Below are positions 60,648-64,000 of a stretch of DNA of 64,000 nucleotides, piece by piece. The position numbers were made by a program, and so were the translations under genes. The notes below the pieces were generated by a model that made no database searches, had not been told where the DNA came from, and worked only from the letters and a program-made list of their open reading frames with translations. How positions within the stretch are numbered: the stretch's first letter is position 1; each line of letters opens with the position of its first letter. Source of the stretch: Hydrolagus affinis (Eukaryota); assembly GCA_012026655.1 (NCBI GenBank), contig JAAILG010000173.1, positions 62,001 to 126,000 of the forward strand, in the 5' to 3' direction.

Positions 60648-61725
60648 TTATCTTATTTATGTAACTCTCTGTCTGATGCTGTTAACCACAGTGATGGGTA
60701 TGCTTGTGTCAGGCAACTGACAGACAGCTGATCCTGCCAGCGATATTCCCCAGCCCAAAGCAGAGCAAAACAAAATTAAGTAAAGATTTACTGATTAGCA
60801 ATTTACCCTCAAAGGTGCAGCTATATTCTGGACCAACACATTTGTCTTAGATCCTCAATCACAATAAAGAACTAACTACACAAATACTATTGCACTGACA
60901 GAACTTGTTAATGAGGTTTTGTGTGTTATCAAGCAAGCAAGGAAAGACTGAATAATAATGTAGAGATAGGTGGGTAATTACAATGAGCTTTGTCTCTTGT
61001 ATAATGGCTACAATTCACAGACCTGTGCATGGAAACCTTTTGGAATTCTTGACAAAAAGATGACATTTTAACTTTTGAAAATCATTTCAAAATTTTCTGT
61101 TTTGCAGAAAATGCAATTAATCTCTGATGGGATGACAACCAGTCTCATTCCAAGAGGCTCTGTCTAAAATTTCAGCTTACAATTTAAAATAGAAAATGCT
61201 CTATTTTTCGCCTTTACACACACTGCCACTTTAATTATAATATGTGAAAAAGATCTGTAAATATTGAAGAATAGATTTTGGGAAGGGGAGAGGGACAAAT
61301 GCTGAATGCAGGTTGTTTACAAAGAGTATTATTGACATCCAATGCCATTCACACCATTTTCAAAATACAATCATCTCCTTTCATTGACAGTTCATTAACC
61401 GGATGGCCGATGCTGTTTCAACTTCCAGATACAATTGTATTGTTTTACATTACCTCCCTCATTTGTTAGTGTCAATCTAAGCAGAAGTATAGAGGCAGTA
61501 GCTCTATGCTATAACTATGCTCTATCCAACACATCAACACATCTGAATCAGTATTAAGATGATCCTTACTGAGGATTGCCTTATGCATTTCTGCTATTGT
61601 TTCACTACAGAAGAAGCCTCCTAAACTGATAGATTTATACCAAAGATTTATAAATGTAATTTTGTTGTTGTTGTTATGCCATAATGTTATGATTAACTCC
61701 TTTAAATTGTGCTTGTTGAATATTG

Positions 61726-61908
61726 AATAATAATCCTGGCTACTTAATATATAGCTCCTTACTACATCGTCGAGGCATCTCAAAGTACTTTATTTTGGTC
61801 ACAAAATATATACAGTCAATTCACAGTATATTCTGTGAAGTGTTTTGAGACTTCTCGAAGACATGATAAGGCGCTTTATCAAATGCAAGGATTATTATTA
61901 TTATTATT
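61726..61908. mobile_element. Back-to-back family A SINE tails
   Basis: aataataatcc...catctcaaagtactt (-) fused to cacaaaatatatacagtc...gcaaggattattatt (+). Confidence 0.8.
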
Positions 61909-62059
61909 CCAGCATTTGCAGTACTTTGCATTTTTGTTAGAATTATAAGTGCTTCCCAACATTGTACTGTGAGGTATAGTGACTATTTTGTAGGCAAAAG
62001 TCACAGCCATTTTGCACACTGCAAGAGCTGATTTGTCCCTGTGTATTTAGAAATATAAT

Positions 62060-62365
62060 AATACTTGAAGTGATATAGCACCTCAAAAATATCTCAAAAT
62101 GATATCTAGGTTATTCCTGTCAAGTGTATTTGTGCAATGTAGCAGCAGATTTGCACAGAGCAAGATCCCACAAACAGCCATGAAGTTAATTAGCAACTTA
62201 TCTGGGGGAAAAGCTCCCTTCTCTTTTTGAATAACAACAAGTCTACCTGAACAGGCAGACAGATCCTTAAGTTCTGTCTCATGTGAAGGATAACAGCTCT
62301 GATAACAAAGTGCTCCCCTGTACAGTAATGGAGTGGCAATCTAGACTGTGAGCTCCAATCCGGTT
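62060..62365 (-). mobile_element. DeuSINE-type SINE, decayed
   Basis: tctacctgaacaggcagac...gtctcatgtgaaggataacagctctgataa...gctccc...ggagtg is the reverse complement of the Deu domain. Confidence 0.7.
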
Positions 62366-62504
62366 TAGAAGTTAATTAGATATTTCTAAGAATACAAAGA
62401 CAAGTTCACTACACATACCAAATAGAGCAGATGAGGAATTAACTCACAGAGCAGAAGAATCCTCTTTCTTCCTTTCTAGTTCATTGGATTTTTATATTTT
62501 TATT

Positions 62505-62592
62505 GTTTTGCCCACAGTATATTCTTTGAAGCGCTTTGAGACATCTAGAAGACGTGAAATGCGCTATATCAAATCAAGGATTATTATTATTA
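62505..62592 (+). mobile_element. Family A SINE tail
   Basis: agcgctttgagacatctagaagacgtgaaatgcgctatatcaaat...ggattattatt. Confidence 0.85.
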
Positions 62593-62759
62593 CTGTAGTG
62601 GTGAATCTTTACTGGTGATCAATCCTGTATACTGTAGAAAATAAACCCACTTTACTACAGAGTTCACAAGATGACTTCACGTGATCTCTTGGATTCCGTC
62701 CCCCCCACCCATGAAGCTATTTGGTATTTTATTAAGCTGGTTCATGTGACCTTTTAATA

Positions 62760-62920
62760 GGAACATAGGAGGAGGAGTAGTAGGTCATTCAGCCCCTCAA
62801 GCTTGTTCTGCCATTCTATAAGATCATGGCTGATCTGTACCTCAATTCCAATTACTTGCCCACCCCCCATATCCCTCAATATACTTACCTAACAAAAAAC
62901 TATCTACATCAGTCTTGAAA
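62760..62920 (-). mobile_element. CR1 3'UTR fragment
   Basis: ggaggagtagtaggtcattcagcccctcaagc...agatcatggctgatct...catcagtcttgaa. Confidence 0.85.
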
Positions 62921-63494
62921 ATATAGTTGTTGCACTCATATTTGTTTGACAGACAGCAACTGGAATTGTAACTGTATGCTGTGACTTCTGAGGTGCCTGT
63001 TGCTCAAGAAATATCAAGCACCAATCATAAGGGGACAATCATATTTGTACAGAAAAATTGCTCTGTGGTATATTTGAGAATTTCTTTTTATCCAATTGAT
63101 GTCATGCATTTAAACCCATCAGCACTTCTGTGACCAGATAAATCATAGTATTTTGCAGCCCAGAAGGAGGTCATTCTGACCACCGTCCCTGGGCCTGTAC
63201 GTTGAGGGACATCTCATACTCTGCCTTTCTTCTTAACCTTTCATAGTTTTCAAGTACAGTACTATACTGTATTTGTTTACTTTAAAAGCCATTATTAATT
63301 CTACTAAAAGTAACGCTATTTTTGAGACTTGCCATGGCCTACAACCGGCACAGACATAACTCGTCTAACTCCCCAGCTCCACCACCCAATCTCCACTGCC
63401 GTTGTTCTCTACAATACTTGACTCCTGTGAGCCCATCCCATGCAGATTCTGTTGATAAGTAAATTTTGTTGCTGGTAAGGCATGGTTTTCATGA

Positions 63495-63790
63495 ATAATA
63501 AATAATAAGCCATGCATTTGATACAGTACCTCTTCACGTCTTGGAGATGTTTCCAAGCGCTCCACAGAACATATTGCCGAGTGACTTGACTGGGTATTTT
63601 GTGGGCAAAACGCGACAGCCAAGTGTGCGCAGCAGTGTCCCACAAATAGTTGTAGATTGACAGACCAAATTATTATTATTTATTTTAAGAGGTTATTTCT
63701 CAAGGAAAGCGATCAGGCCAACAACTAATAACCAGGTTCTTATTTTTACTTTGAGGTAAACCCAAGGTGTGTGGAGTGAAGAAACTGGCT
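63495..63790 (-). mobile_element. Family A SINE, long form, head missing
   Basis: Tail to gtgtggagtgaagaaact on the reverse strand, then an abrupt switch to L2. Confidence 0.88.
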
Positions 63791-63797
63791 TCAGGTC

Positions 63798-64000
63798 TCA
63801 CAGGCTGCAGATCATTCGGAACTCTGCAACTTGTGTACTCTCCCGTACCAGGCTTCGCGACCACATCACTCCCACTCTCGCCCGTCTCCACTGGCTCCCT
63901 GTCATCCAGAGGATAGAATTCAAGATCCTTGTCCTCACTTTCAAGGCCATTCACGGACTTGTCCCTGCCTATGTCTCTGATCTACTGTCTCCCTATCAGC
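63798..64000 (+). mobile_element. L2 ORF2 C-terminal fragment (runs off the window)
   Basis: aggctgcagatcattcggaactctgca...accacatcactcccac...ctccactggctccc is very similar to 47685-47880. Confidence 0.93.

Noticed and set aside
6394-63790. Regularly recurring gtgggacactgctgtgcgcaattggctgc motif as a CRISPR-like or satellite array
   Set aside because: Dispersed on both strands at irregular spacing. It is the SINE body.

Overview
AT-rich, CpG-depleted vertebrate-type genomic DNA with no protein-coding gene, rRNA, true tRNA gene or CRISPR array that I can support. The repeat inventory points to a cartilaginous fish, possibly a chimaera (inference). It includes L2 and CR1 LINE pieces, an abundant tRNA-headed L2-tailed SINE, DeuSINE-type copies, an older SINE family and Penelope-type palindromic relics. 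The window looks like a very large intron or intergenic block built from layered transposon debris: about 20 copies or fragments of one SINE, L2 fragments up to 1.15 kb, CR1 3' ends, very old CR1/RTE ORF2 relics, three pogo/Tigger-like MITEs and one hAT MITE. The supplied ORFs that I could interpret are TE-derived or look like chance ORFs. Best second-look items: (1) a minimal hammerhead-ribozyme core at 60214-60254 (-); (2) a Tigger-like element with a long internal palindrome carrying the transposase start, plus perfect fold-back palindromes at the ends of two such elements; (3) recurrent back-to-back SINE/SINE and SINE/L2 fusions; (4) a candidate first coding exon at 5194-5266. All family names come from motifs recognised by eye, not database searches, and boundaries of old elements are approximate.
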